A stretch of 64,000 nt of DNA from Candidatus Limnocylindrales bacterium (GTDB lineage: Bacteria > Chloroflexota > Limnocylindria > Limnocylindrales > CSP1-4). Both the position numbers and the translations under genes were made by a program. Under the pieces are notes generated by a model, which did no database searches, was not told the origin of the DNA, and was given only the letters and a program-made list of their open reading frames with translations. The stretch is from the NCBI GenBank assembly GCA_036002525.1, contig DASYTG010000031.1, forward strand, positions 13,994-77,993, read 5' to 3'. Within the stretch, counting starts at the first letter, position 1. Each line of letters opens with the position of its first letter. This document shows positions 21,136 through 29,552 of the stretch, one piece after another.

Positions 21136-21432
21136 CGCTGGATTGTCGCGCGGGCACGGCTACGCCGCTTGGGGGCGCGACCGGTCCGCGGCGTTGCACG
21201 GCCGTTGCAGGTTGGCAGCGATCGCGGACCCTCGCCAGCTCCTCCCTCGTGCCGGCCTCGTCGCGACGCTCTTCTTTCGGCATGCCCATCGAGGGCAGAT
21301 GCACCTGATGGGCATACGAATTCAAATCGACCGCGACGTCGCGCCAGGCCAGCCCGGGATCTATCCCCGTTGACCGCCCCCCTGCGCGGCGCCCGCAAGC
21401 GCCACTCGGCGGTTTCGGACTGGCCGGGTCCG

Positions 21433-21861
21433 CTACTGAGTGTGCTGCTCGGTCGTCGACCGGAGCCGGCGCGCGAGAACCCGGAGGATCGCCAGCGACA
21501 GCGCCGGCTGCTCGAGCAGGATCCTCTCGAAGTCCCACGACGCGAGGGCCAGGCAGCGCGTCGGCTCCTCGGCCACGACCTGGGCGACGCGCGGCTCGCC
21601 GTCGAGGACCGAGAGCTCCCCGAAGAATTCGCCCGGACCCAGGGTCGCCAGGGTGCGGGCATCGCGCACTACCTTGACCCGGCCATCGACGATGACGAAG
21701 AAGCCGGTTCCGATCTCCCCCTGCCGGGCGATCACGTGGCGGGGCGGAAACTCGACCTCGGTCGCACGCTCCGCCAGCGCGGCGAGCTGGTCCGCCCCGA
21801 CGCCCCGGAACAGCGGGCAGCCGGCGAGCAGCTCCGTCCTTCGATCGGTCGTCAGGATCAT
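21433..21861 (-). CDS. stand-alone cyclic-nucleotide-binding (CAP_ED) domain protein
   Basis: GGAG RBS precedes the ATG at 21861. Motifs seen are GEIGTGFFVIVDGRV and FFGELSVLDGEPRVAQVVA. Confidence 0.8.
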   Translation of the reverse strand: MILTTDRRTELLAGCPLFRGVGADQLAALAERATEVEFPPRHVIARQGEIGTGFFVIVDGRVKVVRDARTLATLGPGEFFGELSVLDGEPRVAQVVAEEPTRCLALASWDFERILLEQPALSLAILRVLARRLRSTTEQHTQ

Positions 21862-22018
21862 CGGGCTTCTCTCCACCTCGGTGCGGCCATGCTGCCCCTC
21901 GCCGCACGCCACGTCAACGTCGGGCCGGGCCGCCCTGACAATGGCGCCAATCGGGCGCGCCGTGGCGCCCGGGCGTAGCACAATGACGGGCCCGCGACCG
22001 GACCGGCCGGTCGGCGAC

Positions 22019-22459
22019 ATGGAGGCCACGCCGCCGATGCCCACGCAGGAAGAGATCGTCGACGCGCTGGCTGGGATGACTCTGTTCTCCGACCTGTCGG
22101 CGCCGGAGCTCCAGGGCGTCGCCCACAGCTTCGATGAGCGCTACTTTCCGGCGGGCGAACGGGTGATCCGCCAGGACCTGACTGGCTCGGCGTTCTACGT
22201 CATCCTCGACGGCGAGGCCCAGATCGTCGTCGACGGCTCTCCCCGGGCGACGCTCGGGCGGGGAGAGTTCTTCGGCGAGGTGTCGGTCCTCCTCGGCGAG
22301 CCTCCGGTCGCCGACGTCGTCGCGCTCCGCCCGCTCCGCTGCCTCGTCATCCCCGGCCCGCAGGTCGAGGGTTTCCTCGTCGCCCATCCGCGGGTGATGT
22401 TCCGGATGCTCCAGGCCCAGGCCCGCCGGCTCCGCAACGCGAATCGGTGGCGGAGCTGA
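22019..22459 (+). CDS. stand-alone cyclic-nucleotide-binding (CAP_ED) domain protein
   Basis: Motifs seen are GSAFYVILDGEA and FFGEVSVLLGEPPVADVVA. The gene is divergent from the previous cNMP-binding gene. Confidence 0.8.
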   Translation: MEATPPMPTQEEIVDALAGMTLFSDLSAPELQGVAHSFDERYFPAGERVIRQDLTGSAFYVILDGEAQIVVDGSPRATLGRGEFFGEVSVLLGEPPVADVVALRPLRCLVIPGPQVEGFLVAHPRVMFRMLQAQARRLRNANRWRS

Positions 22460-23988
22460 GCGCCCGGCGGCGGAAGGAGCGGCCGTTCGCTCCGGGCACG
22501 TATCCGCTCGTCGTCGTCGGCAGCGGTCCCGGCGGAATCCAGGTGTCGTACGCGCTCTCCCGGCTGGGAGTACCCCACGCGGTCATCTCGGCCGACGAAG
22601 GGGCCGGCGGGATGTTCCGCAGGTGGCCGCTCTTCCAGCGGTTGCTGTCGTGGACCAAGCCGTTCGCCCCACCGCACCGGGAGAGCCGGGCCTTCGAGCG
22701 GTACGACTGGAACAGCCTCGTCGCGGAGGAGCCCGAGTACCGATCGCTGATGCCAGAGTTCATGGACGGCAGCTCGTCCTTCCCGTCCCGGCCGGAGATG
22801 GAGCGGAACGTCGCAGCGTTCGCCGAGCGGGCCGGCGTCGCCGTCCGGTACGGCTGTCGCTGGACGGCGACGCGTCGCGAGAGCGGGCCCGACGGCGACG
22901 GGTTCGTCCTCGAGACGACCGACGGCGAGTACCGCTGCCCGGCCGTCGTCTTCGCCATCGGCGTCGCGGAGCCGTTCGTCCCTCCGTCCCCGGGCAGCGA
23001 CCTGGCCGTCCACTACGCCGGGACGCGTCCGGCGGAGACATACGCCGGTCGTCGCGTCTTCATCATCGGCAAGCAGAACTCCGGGTTCGAGCTCGCGTCG
23101 GGCCTCCTCCCGTGGGCTCGCCAGATCATCCTCGCCTCCCCGTCGCCGGCGAAGTTGTCAGTGAACACGAAGTCGCTCGTGGGGATCCGGGCCCGTTACG
23201 TCCAGCCATACGAGGACCATGTCCTGGGGGGCGGCGTGTCGGTCCTCGACGCGGCGATCGAGCGGCTGGAGCGCACGCCGGACGGGGCGATCCGGGCCGA
23301 CCTCCGCCGCACCGACGGGGGTGGGGACCTGGGCGTCGAGGTCGACGATGTCATCGCGGCAACCGGCTTCGTCGCGCCGCTCCTCGACCTGCCGGCCCTC
23401 GGTGTTGCGACGGCCGGACGGAGCGGAGTGCCGGCGCAGACGCCGTGGTGGGAGAGCGCCACCGTGCCGGGCATCTATTTCGCCGGCACGATCAGCCAGG
23501 GCGCCACGGGCCTCCAGAAGAACGGGCTGCCGCCGAACTCAGGAGGGGTTCACGGTGCGCGCTACAACGCCCGCGTGCTTGCGGGACATGTCGCCCGGAC
23601 GCGGTTCGGGATCGAGCGGCCGACCGCGCCGATCGACCCGGCGGCGATCGTCGACCGGCTCGTCGAGGAGGCGACAGGGAGCCCGGAGCTGTGGCACCAG
23701 AAGGCCTATCTCGCCTGGGTAGCCTCGATGGCCGATGACGGCGGGTGGCGGGACGCGGGGATCCAGCCGCTTGCCCACGTCCTCGATGCGCCTGGCCCCG
23801 ACGCGCTGATCCTGACGATCGAAGCGAACGCGGATGGGGCCATCTACCCGGTCGTCTACCTCCGGACGGCCCGCAAGACCGTGGAGCGCGCGATCGAGCC
23901 CGACCCGTTCCTCGACTTCGGCGGCCCGGACCAGCGGCGCCAGTTCGCCGAGGCGGCCGCCGGGCTGTCAGGGGCCGTCCGTGCATGA
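22447..23988 (+). CDS. FAD/NAD(P)-binding oxidoreductase (flavin monooxygenase/pyridine-nucleotide-disulfide-like) with extra C-terminal domain
   Basis: A VVVGSGPGG dinucleotide fold is followed by a second IIGKQNSGFE fold. The GTG start overlaps the upstream cNMP gene by 13 nt. Confidence 0.75.
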   Translation: MAELSARRRKERPFAPGTYPLVVVGSGPGGIQVSYALSRLGVPHAVISADEGAGGMFRRWPLFQRLLSWTKPFAPPHRESRAFERYDWNSLVAEEPEYRSLMPEFMDGSSSFPSRPEMERNVAAFAERAGVAVRYGCRWTATRRESGPDGDGFVLETTDGEYRCPAVVFAIGVAEPFVPPSPGSDLAVHYAGTRPAETYAGRRVFIIGKQNSGFELASGLLPWARQIILASPSPAKLSVNTKSLVGIRARYVQPYEDHVLGGGVSVLDAAIERLERTPDGAIRADLRRTDGGGDLGVEVDDVIAATGFVAPLLDLPALGVATAGRSGVPAQTPWWESATVPGIYFAGTISQGATGLQKNGLPPNSGGVHGARYNARVLAGHVARTRFGIERPTAPIDPAAIVDRLVEEATGSPELWHQKAYLAWVASMADDGGWRDAGIQPLAHVLDAPGPDALILTIEANADGAIYPVVYLRTARKTVERAIEPDPFLDFGGPDQRRQFAEAAAGLSGAVRA

Positions 23989-23989
23989 G

Positions 23990-24060
23990 TAGCCGTTGGC
24001 GGCTATTCAATGGCAAGTTAGCCGTTGACGGCTAATCTGTGCGATGTTAGCCTTCGGCGT
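23990..24060. promoter_or_regulatory. cluster of palindromic operator-like sites (TAGCCG-N4-CGGCTA; TTAGCCGT-TG-ACGGCTAA; third half-site TTAGCC)
   Basis: Read directly in the 74-nt spacer immediately upstream of the SatD-like HTH protein. Confidence 0.45.
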
Positions 24061-24062
24061 CA

Positions 24063-24707
24063 ATGGTCGGTGGCATGCCGTACGGGATCGTGCTGTTCGG
24101 CGACGTCGTCGCGTCCCGAACGATGCGCCGGGCGGGCGATTGGCTCCGGACACTGCGCGACGAGCTCGACGAGGCCTACGGCCCTGAGCGGCTCGCGGCG
24201 TTCGAATTCACCCAGGGCGACGAGCTCCAGGGCCTTCTTGCGCCGTCGGCCGATCCGCAAGAGGCGGTCGTGCGAGCCTCGCTGCGGTCCGACCGGCTGC
24301 CGATGCGCTGGGTCGTCGTGGCAGGCGCGGTGGAGGAGGGGACCGGCCCTGCGACGCAGCGGAGCGGTCCGGCGTTCCTGGCCGCCCGCGAGCTCGTGAC
24401 GGTAGCCAGGCGGCGGCGCGACAGTCTCGCGATGCTGACCGGCGAGCCGGAGACCGACGAGTTGCTCGACGGCGTCGCCCCCGTCCTGGGCCGCCTGCTC
24501 GACGAGCTGACCGACCGCCAGCGCGAGGTCGCGCGGCTGCTCCTCGTCGAGCGGCTCACCCAGTCGGCGGCTGCGGCCCGCCTCGGCGTCCGCCCGCCGA
24601 CGATCTCCGTCGCCGCGGAGCGTGCCCGCGTCCGCGAGATCGCCCGGCTCCGGGGCGCGACCCTCAAGCTGTTCCGGATCGGACAGGCGCGGGCGATGGC
24701 GCGATGA
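24063..24707 (+). CDS. SatD family protein (N-terminal cyclase-like fold, C-terminal sigma-70 region-4-like HTH)
   Basis: GIVLFGDVVASR...FEFTQGDELQGLL fits the SatD pattern. The C-terminus reads LTDRQREVARLLLVERLTQSAAAARLGV. Confidence 0.7.
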   Translation: MVGGMPYGIVLFGDVVASRTMRRAGDWLRTLRDELDEAYGPERLAAFEFTQGDELQGLLAPSADPQEAVVRASLRSDRLPMRWVVVAGAVEEGTGPATQRSGPAFLAARELVTVARRRRDSLAMLTGEPETDELLDGVAPVLGRLLDELTDRQREVARLLLVERLTQSAAAARLGVRPPTISVAAERARVREIARLRGATLKLFRIGQARAMAR

Positions 24708-25738
24708 CGTCCGAGACGACGCTGGTTCTCGCGTGGCTCGTGCTCGCCCACCTGGTCGCCGACTTCCTGCTCCAGACCGACGGGATGGTGTCGGACAAGT
24801 TCTCGCCGGGCCGGCGCGGCTGGCGAGGTCTGCTGCTGCATGCGGGTGCGGTCGCGGTCTGCCTCCTTCCGGTCGTGGCGGTCTACGGCGGGCCCGGGCT
24901 CGCGTTCCTCGCGGTCTCGACCGTCGGGCACGTGCTGATCGATCGGTGGAAGGTCCGGGCGACCCGCCACGCGGAGGCCGAGGCGCTCGCCGAGGCCCAT
25001 CGGCGCCACCAGCCGACCGGCACGGTCGAGGGCCTCGGCCCGGCATGGACTCCGAAGCCCGGCGCGCTCTTCGTCGCCGACCAGGTCGCCCACATGCTCC
25101 TCCTGGCGGTCGCGTGGCTCGTCCTCCTCGCCCGCCAGGAGCCGGTTGGGTGGTTCACCGACGCGGCCGACCAGGTCGTCCGAATGGTCGATGCGGGCGC
25201 GCTCCACAGCGCGACGCTCATCGGCGTGGTCCTCTTGTCGCTCGTCATCGTCAACGTCCGGGCCGCCGCGCTCTTCGTGGCCACGCTCGTCCACCCCCGC
25301 GAATCCGTGTCGGGCGCCGACCTGCCCGGCGAGCCTGCCCCGCCCCCGGCCGCGCCGCCGCGCCGCTGGCGGCTCCAGGTGGGACCGGTCGTCGCGACCG
25401 CCGAGCCGCTTCCCGCCGGGCCCGCGCCCGCCGGGGCCGCGACCCGGGCCGGGACGTCGAACGCGGCCGCTCCCCGCCCGGAGGGTCACGCGTCGCCGGC
25501 GCGGATTGGGGCGACGATCGGGGTCCTCGAGCGGCTGCTGATCGTCGCGTTCGTCCTGACCGGCTCGACCGCGGCGATCGGCTTCGTCGTGGCCGCGAAG
25601 ACGCTGGCCCGCTTCCGCCAGCTCGACGACCGCGACTTCGCGGAGTACTACCTGCTCGGCACGCTCGCGAGTGTCGCCGTCGCGCTGGGGAGCGGACTCG
25701 TCGCCGCCGCGGTCCTCTCGACTCTCAACCTGGGCTAG
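24704..25738 (+). CDS. DUF3307 (SatE-like) membrane protein with long Pro/Ala-rich insert
   Basis: An ATGA start/stop overlap links it to the SatD gene. The HLVADFLLQTD motif and multiple TM segments are present. Confidence 0.7.
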   Translation: MTSETTLVLAWLVLAHLVADFLLQTDGMVSDKFSPGRRGWRGLLLHAGAVAVCLLPVVAVYGGPGLAFLAVSTVGHVLIDRWKVRATRHAEAEALAEAHRRHQPTGTVEGLGPAWTPKPGALFVADQVAHMLLLAVAWLVLLARQEPVGWFTDAADQVVRMVDAGALHSATLIGVVLLSLVIVNVRAAALFVATLVHPRESVSGADLPGEPAPPPAAPPRRWRLQVGPVVATAEPLPAGPAPAGAATRAGTSNAAAPRPEGHASPARIGATIGVLERLLIVAFVLTGSTAAIGFVVAAKTLARFRQLDDRDFAEYYLLGTLASVAVALGSGLVAAAVLSTLNLG

Positions 25739-25752
25739 GCGCCTGACGTCCG

Positions 25753-25909
25753 ACGTGCGTATGGCGCACGTACCGGCGCCTGAAGCCCCGCGTCCCGCTC
25801 GATTCGTGCGCGGCGCACCGATGTGACGGAATCGGTCAGTTGTGTGCGCTCCGCGCACGGAAGGACCGCGCCAGGCGCGGCCAACCGTCAGTACGTGCGC
25901 GGGACGCAC
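25753..25909. repeat. four copies of the small palindrome GTGCG(C)-N1-5-(G)CGCAC
   Basis: Copies lie at 25753-25771, 25806-25818, 25844-25858 and 25895-25909, in the 200-nt spacer between two convergent genes. Confidence 0.6.
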
Positions 25910-25938
25910 ACCCCCGTCGCAGGGACTGGGCAGCGGAC

Positions 25939-27105
25939 TTACGCCCGGGCCGGCGCCAGCCGCATGAGCCGTTCCGCGGCCGCGGCCAGTGTCTCGGCCC
26001 GCTTCGGGAACGCGAACCGCACCTTCGTCCGGCCGAGCTCGGGCCGCGAGTAGAACGACGAACCGGGCACCGTCGCGACGCCCGGATCGGCGATGAGCCG
26101 GCGGGCGAACGTCGTGTCGTCGTCGTCGGTCAGGCCCGCGATGTCGGTCATGACGTAGTAGGCGCCGTCGGGCTCGAAGACCCGGAACCCGGCCGCGCGC
26201 AACGCCGGGACGAGCGTGTCGCGCCGGACACGGTAGTCGGCCGCGAGCTTCGCGTAATAGTCGTCCGGGAACGCCAGAGCGACCGCCGACGCGTGCTGGA
26301 GCGGCGCGGCGGCCCCCACTGTCAGGAAGTCGTGGGTCTTGCGGATCGCCGCCGTGAGACCGGGCGGTGCGATGACCCACCCGACCCGCCAGCCCGTGAC
26401 GGAGTACGTCTTCGACACCGAGTTGACGGCAACCGTCCGCTCGACCATCCCCGGCAGGGTCGCGAGCGGGACGTGGTCGCCGGTGTAAACGATGTGCTCG
26501 TAGATCTCGTCCGTGAAGGCGACGAGGTCGTGCTCGCGGCACAGCCCGGCGATCAGTTCCAGCTCGGCGCGATCGAAGACCTTGCCGGTCGGGTTGTGCG
26601 GCGAGTTCACGACGATCCCGCGGGTTCGCGGCGTGATCGCCCCCCGCAGCTCGTCCGGATCGATTGCCCAATCCGGCTCGTGGAGCGTGACGTAGCGGGG
26701 CGTGGCACCGGTGAGGATCGCATCCGGCCCATAGTTCTCGTAGAACGGCTCGAACACGACGATCTCGTCATCCGGGTCCAGGATCGCGAGCATCGAAGCG
26801 ATCATCCCTTCGGTCGCGCCGCACGTGACGGTCAGCTCGGTCTCCGGGTCGACCGTCCAGCCCGGGTAGAAGCGCGCGGTCTTCGCGGCGATCGCGTCGC
26901 GCAACGGCTTCGCGCCCCAGGTGACCGCGTACTGGTTGAAATCGGCGTCGATCGCCGCCGCGGCGGCCTCCTTCAGCTGGGGCGGGCATGAGAAGTCCGG
27001 GAAGCCCTGGCCGAGGTTGACCGCGTTCGCGGCCACGGCCAGCCGGCTCATCTCGCGGATGACGGACTCGGTGAAGCCCTCGGCCTTGCGGGAGATGTGC
27101 GGCAT
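25939..27105 (-). CDS. class I/II PLP aminotransferase (YbdL/kynurenine-type)
   Basis: Motifs seen are NLGQGFPDF, NSPHNPTGKVF, SVSKTYSVTGWRVGW and VRFAF. Confidence 0.9.
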   Translation of the reverse strand: MPHISRKAEGFTESVIREMSRLAVAANAVNLGQGFPDFSCPPQLKEAAAAAIDADFNQYAVTWGAKPLRDAIAAKTARFYPGWTVDPETELTVTCGATEGMIASMLAILDPDDEIVVFEPFYENYGPDAILTGATPRYVTLHEPDWAIDPDELRGAITPRTRGIVVNSPHNPTGKVFDRAELELIAGLCREHDLVAFTDEIYEHIVYTGDHVPLATLPGMVERTVAVNSVSKTYSVTGWRVGWVIAPPGLTAAIRKTHDFLTVGAAAPLQHASAVALAFPDDYYAKLAADYRVRRDTLVPALRAAGFRVFEPDGAYYVMTDIAGLTDDDDTTFARRLIADPGVATVPGSSFYSRPELGRTKVRFAFPKRAETLAAAAERLMRLAPARA

Positions 27106-27180
27106 GGGATGCTCCTATGTCAAGCCGCGGCCGCGAGACCGGCGGGTCGTGCGGCCAGGGGCGGCTTCATCGTGGCGCGT

Positions 27181-27315
27181 CCGACGGAAGACCCCGTCAC
27201 TGATCCGGCGGCGGAGAGCACGGATTGCCTCGGTCCTCGTGTCGCCGGCGGCGAGGCGGTAGACGACCTCCGACGCCATCCGGGCGTAAGCCGGGTCGGC
27301 GTCCGAGGCGGTCAT
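27181..27315 (-). pseudogene. remnant of an IS110-family transposase C-terminus
   Basis: AYARMASEVVYRLAAGDTRTEAIRALRRRISDGVFR resembles the conserved IS110 tail (Y..K...GK...EAlraLkRRlsdvvy). No catalytic N-terminal part is present. Confidence 0.45.
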
Positions 27316-27578
27316 CGCGTGGCCCTCCGAGCCACAGAGCCGGGTGCCGTCATACGCGCGCCTCGTCGCTGTTCGCGCCCCCAGTCGTCCTTGCGGTACG
27401 GGATCATCTCGAGCACGGCGGGGTATCGGTCCTCTGGCGCGTCGGCGCGCGGCACCGGCAGCCACAGGTTGGACGACAGCGCGAGCGGGTCGCGGACCGG
27501 GATCCGGACATCGAGACGTCGTTCGACGCCGTGGACTGGCTCGCTCGCCGGGCGCGCGTCAACCCTTCCCCTCGTCAC
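27312..27578 (-). pseudogene. N-terminal fragment of a CocE/NonD (S15) family hydrolase
   Basis: VRIPVRDPLALSSNLWLPV...RYPAVLEMIPYRKDDW matches the family N-terminus. The ORF ends after 88 aa, abutting the IS110 remnant. Confidence 0.5.
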
Positions 27579-27593
27579 GGTAGGAGTCTAGGG

Positions 27594-28589
27594 TCAGCGG
27601 CCGATGGTTCGGTCGAAGAAGTCGACCAGGCGGTCCTCGTACTCGGCCGGATGGAGGGCCATCGCCTGGACGTGGCCCGCCCCGTCGACCATCCACGACT
27701 CGACCGTCCCGCCGGCCGCCCGGCGAGCCGCCTCGAGGTCGTGGGCGTAGTCGACGCTCAGGCGCTGGTCGGCGGTGCCGTGGGTGATGAACAGCGGCCG
27801 GCTACCCATCTTCCGAACCCCGCCGATCGGGCTCAGCGCCGCGAGGTCGTCGCCCGACAGCAGCCGGGCCATGAAGATCCCGCCGCGCTCGAGAAACGTG
27901 GGGTAGTGCTCCCGGGTCAGCTCGGCCCGGATCGCGACCTCGATGTCCGCGTAGCTCGAGTCCTCCCACGTCGCCGCGACCCCCGCCTCCTCACCGGCCG
28001 CGATAAGGACCGTGGCGGCGCCGAGCGAGACTCCCAGCAGCCCGATCCGGTCTGCGGGCACGCCCTGCGCGGTCCGCAGCCAGTCCCACGCCGCCAGGAC
28101 GTCGCGGTATTCCTCCGTCCCGCCGGCGTATCGGCCGTCCTCGAACGTCGAGTCGCCGTGGTCCCGGAGGTCGATGAGGAGCACCGCGTAGCCGTTCCGA
28201 TGGAGCATGCCGGCCGGCAGCAGCACCTCGTGATGGCGCTTGCAGGCCGTGTGTCCGTGGACGAGGACCACGACCGGGGCGGCCGGGTCGACGGCGCGGA
28301 TGAACCAGCCGCGGATCGTCAGCGCGGGGTCGCGGCCCGGGAAGGAGACGTCCTCCGGCGACGGCATCAACCACGGCGACTCGTCGAAGTCCGCCACCCC
28401 TGAGACGGCGAACGCGGCCGGCGTGTTCGCGGCTATCGACGCCGGGCAACCGCCCGGGACCTTCGTCAGGCGGTCCCACACGATCGCACTCGCGGCGGCG
28501 TACGCGAGAAGGACGACGGCGAGCGTCGTCGCCAGAGCGATCGCGGCGGCCCGTCGGACCCGCCTTCCGGCCGGGACGGTGTCGGTCAT
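27594..28589 (-). CDS. membrane-anchored alpha/beta hydrolase (S9/DLH-like)
   Basis: An N-terminal TM segment is present. Motifs are VVLVHGH, the nucleophile elbow GVSLGA and FITHGTADQ. Confidence 0.8.
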   Translation of the reverse strand: MTDTVPAGRRVRRAAAIALATTLAVVLLAYAAASAIVWDRLTKVPGGCPASIAANTPAAFAVSGVADFDESPWLMPSPEDVSFPGRDPALTIRGWFIRAVDPAAPVVVLVHGHTACKRHHEVLLPAGMLHRNGYAVLLIDLRDHGDSTFEDGRYAGGTEEYRDVLAAWDWLRTAQGVPADRIGLLGVSLGAATVLIAAGEEAGVAATWEDSSYADIEVAIRAELTREHYPTFLERGGIFMARLLSGDDLAALSPIGGVRKMGSRPLFITHGTADQRLSVDYAHDLEAARRAAGGTVESWMVDGAGHVQAMALHPAEYEDRLVDFFDRTIGR

Positions 28590-28609
28590 CGGACGATTAC
28601 GATGCCGCG

Positions 28610-29194
28610 ATGAAGCTCCCTTCCACAACCTCGCCGTGGCGGCGCCGATCGCGTCGGGTGGCCTACGAGAACCCGTGGGTCACCGTCTGGCACGACGAGG
28701 TCACGCGGCCCGACGGGAAACCGGGCATCTACGGGGTCGTCCACTACGCGAACCTCGCCGTCGGCGTCGTCCCGATCGACGAACAAGACCGCGTCGTGCT
28801 GGTCGGCCAGTTCCGATACACGCTGGGAGCGTACTCGTGGGAGATCCCGGAGGGCGGCGTTCCACCCGACGAGGATCCACTCGTTGGCGCCCGGCGCGAG
28901 CTCCGCGAGGAGACCGGCCTCGAGGCCGCCGAGTGGCGCGAGCTCGGCCGGATCCACCTCTCGAACTCGATCTCGGACGAGGCCGGCATCGCCTATCTCG
29001 CGACCCGCCTGACTGAGGGCGTGGCGTCCCCCGACGGCACCGAGGACCTTCAGATCCGACGCGTCTCCTTCGACGAGGCGCTCGAGATGACCCGCGACGG
29101 CCGGATCACCGACGTCCTGTCGGTGGTCGCCCTCCAGCGGGTCGCGCTTGACCGGCTCGGCCGGCGGGCAGCGGGCGGAACGCCGGACGGCTGA
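28610..29194 (+). CDS. NUDIX hydrolase (ADP-ribose pyrophosphatase-like)
   Basis: The Nudix box GGVPPDEDPLVGARRELREETG is present. Confidence 0.85.
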   Translation: MKLPSTTSPWRRRSRRVAYENPWVTVWHDEVTRPDGKPGIYGVVHYANLAVGVVPIDEQDRVVLVGQFRYTLGAYSWEIPEGGVPPDEDPLVGARRELREETGLEAAEWRELGRIHLSNSISDEAGIAYLATRLTEGVASPDGTEDLQIRRVSFDEALEMTRDGRITDVLSVVALQRVALDRLGRRAAGGTPDG

Positions 29195-29252
29195 TCGAGC
29201 CGGCGAGGGTACGATCGCGACGCGCGGAATGAGTGGAGAGGCCAGACGAGAT

Positions 29253-29552
29253 ATGCCCGAGGGACTGCTCGAACGACTCGACCGCGGCCCGGTGCTGGGC
29301 GACGGCGGCTATCTCCTCGAGCTCGAGAAGCGCGGCTACGTCCAGGCAGGGGCCTTCACCTCCGAGGTGAGCATCACCCACCCCGACGCCCTCGCCGAGC
29401 TGCACCACGAGTTCCTTCGGGTCGGCGCGGAGATCCTCCGGGCGCTGACCTTCTACGCGTCCGAGGAGAAGCTCGCGACCGTGGGCCTCGCCGGCCGCGT
29501 CGACGACATCAACCGGGCCGCGGTTCGGATCGCCCGAAGCGTCGCCCGGTGA
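29253..29552 (+). pseudogene. truncated homocysteine S-methyltransferase (BHMT-like) N-terminal fragment
   Basis: VLGDGGYLLELEKRGYVQAGAFTSEV...HPDALAELHHEFLRVGAEIL is the start of the PF02574-type domain. Only about 100 aa remain before the next gene. Confidence 0.5.

Noticed and set aside
21005-21907. 300-aa minus-strand ORF spanning the cNMP-M50 spacer, with an internal MPKEERRDEAGTREELARVRDR segment.
   Set aside because: It would overlap the well-supported M50 protease start by about 130 nt in another frame. Most of the translation is Arg/Pro/Gly-rich.
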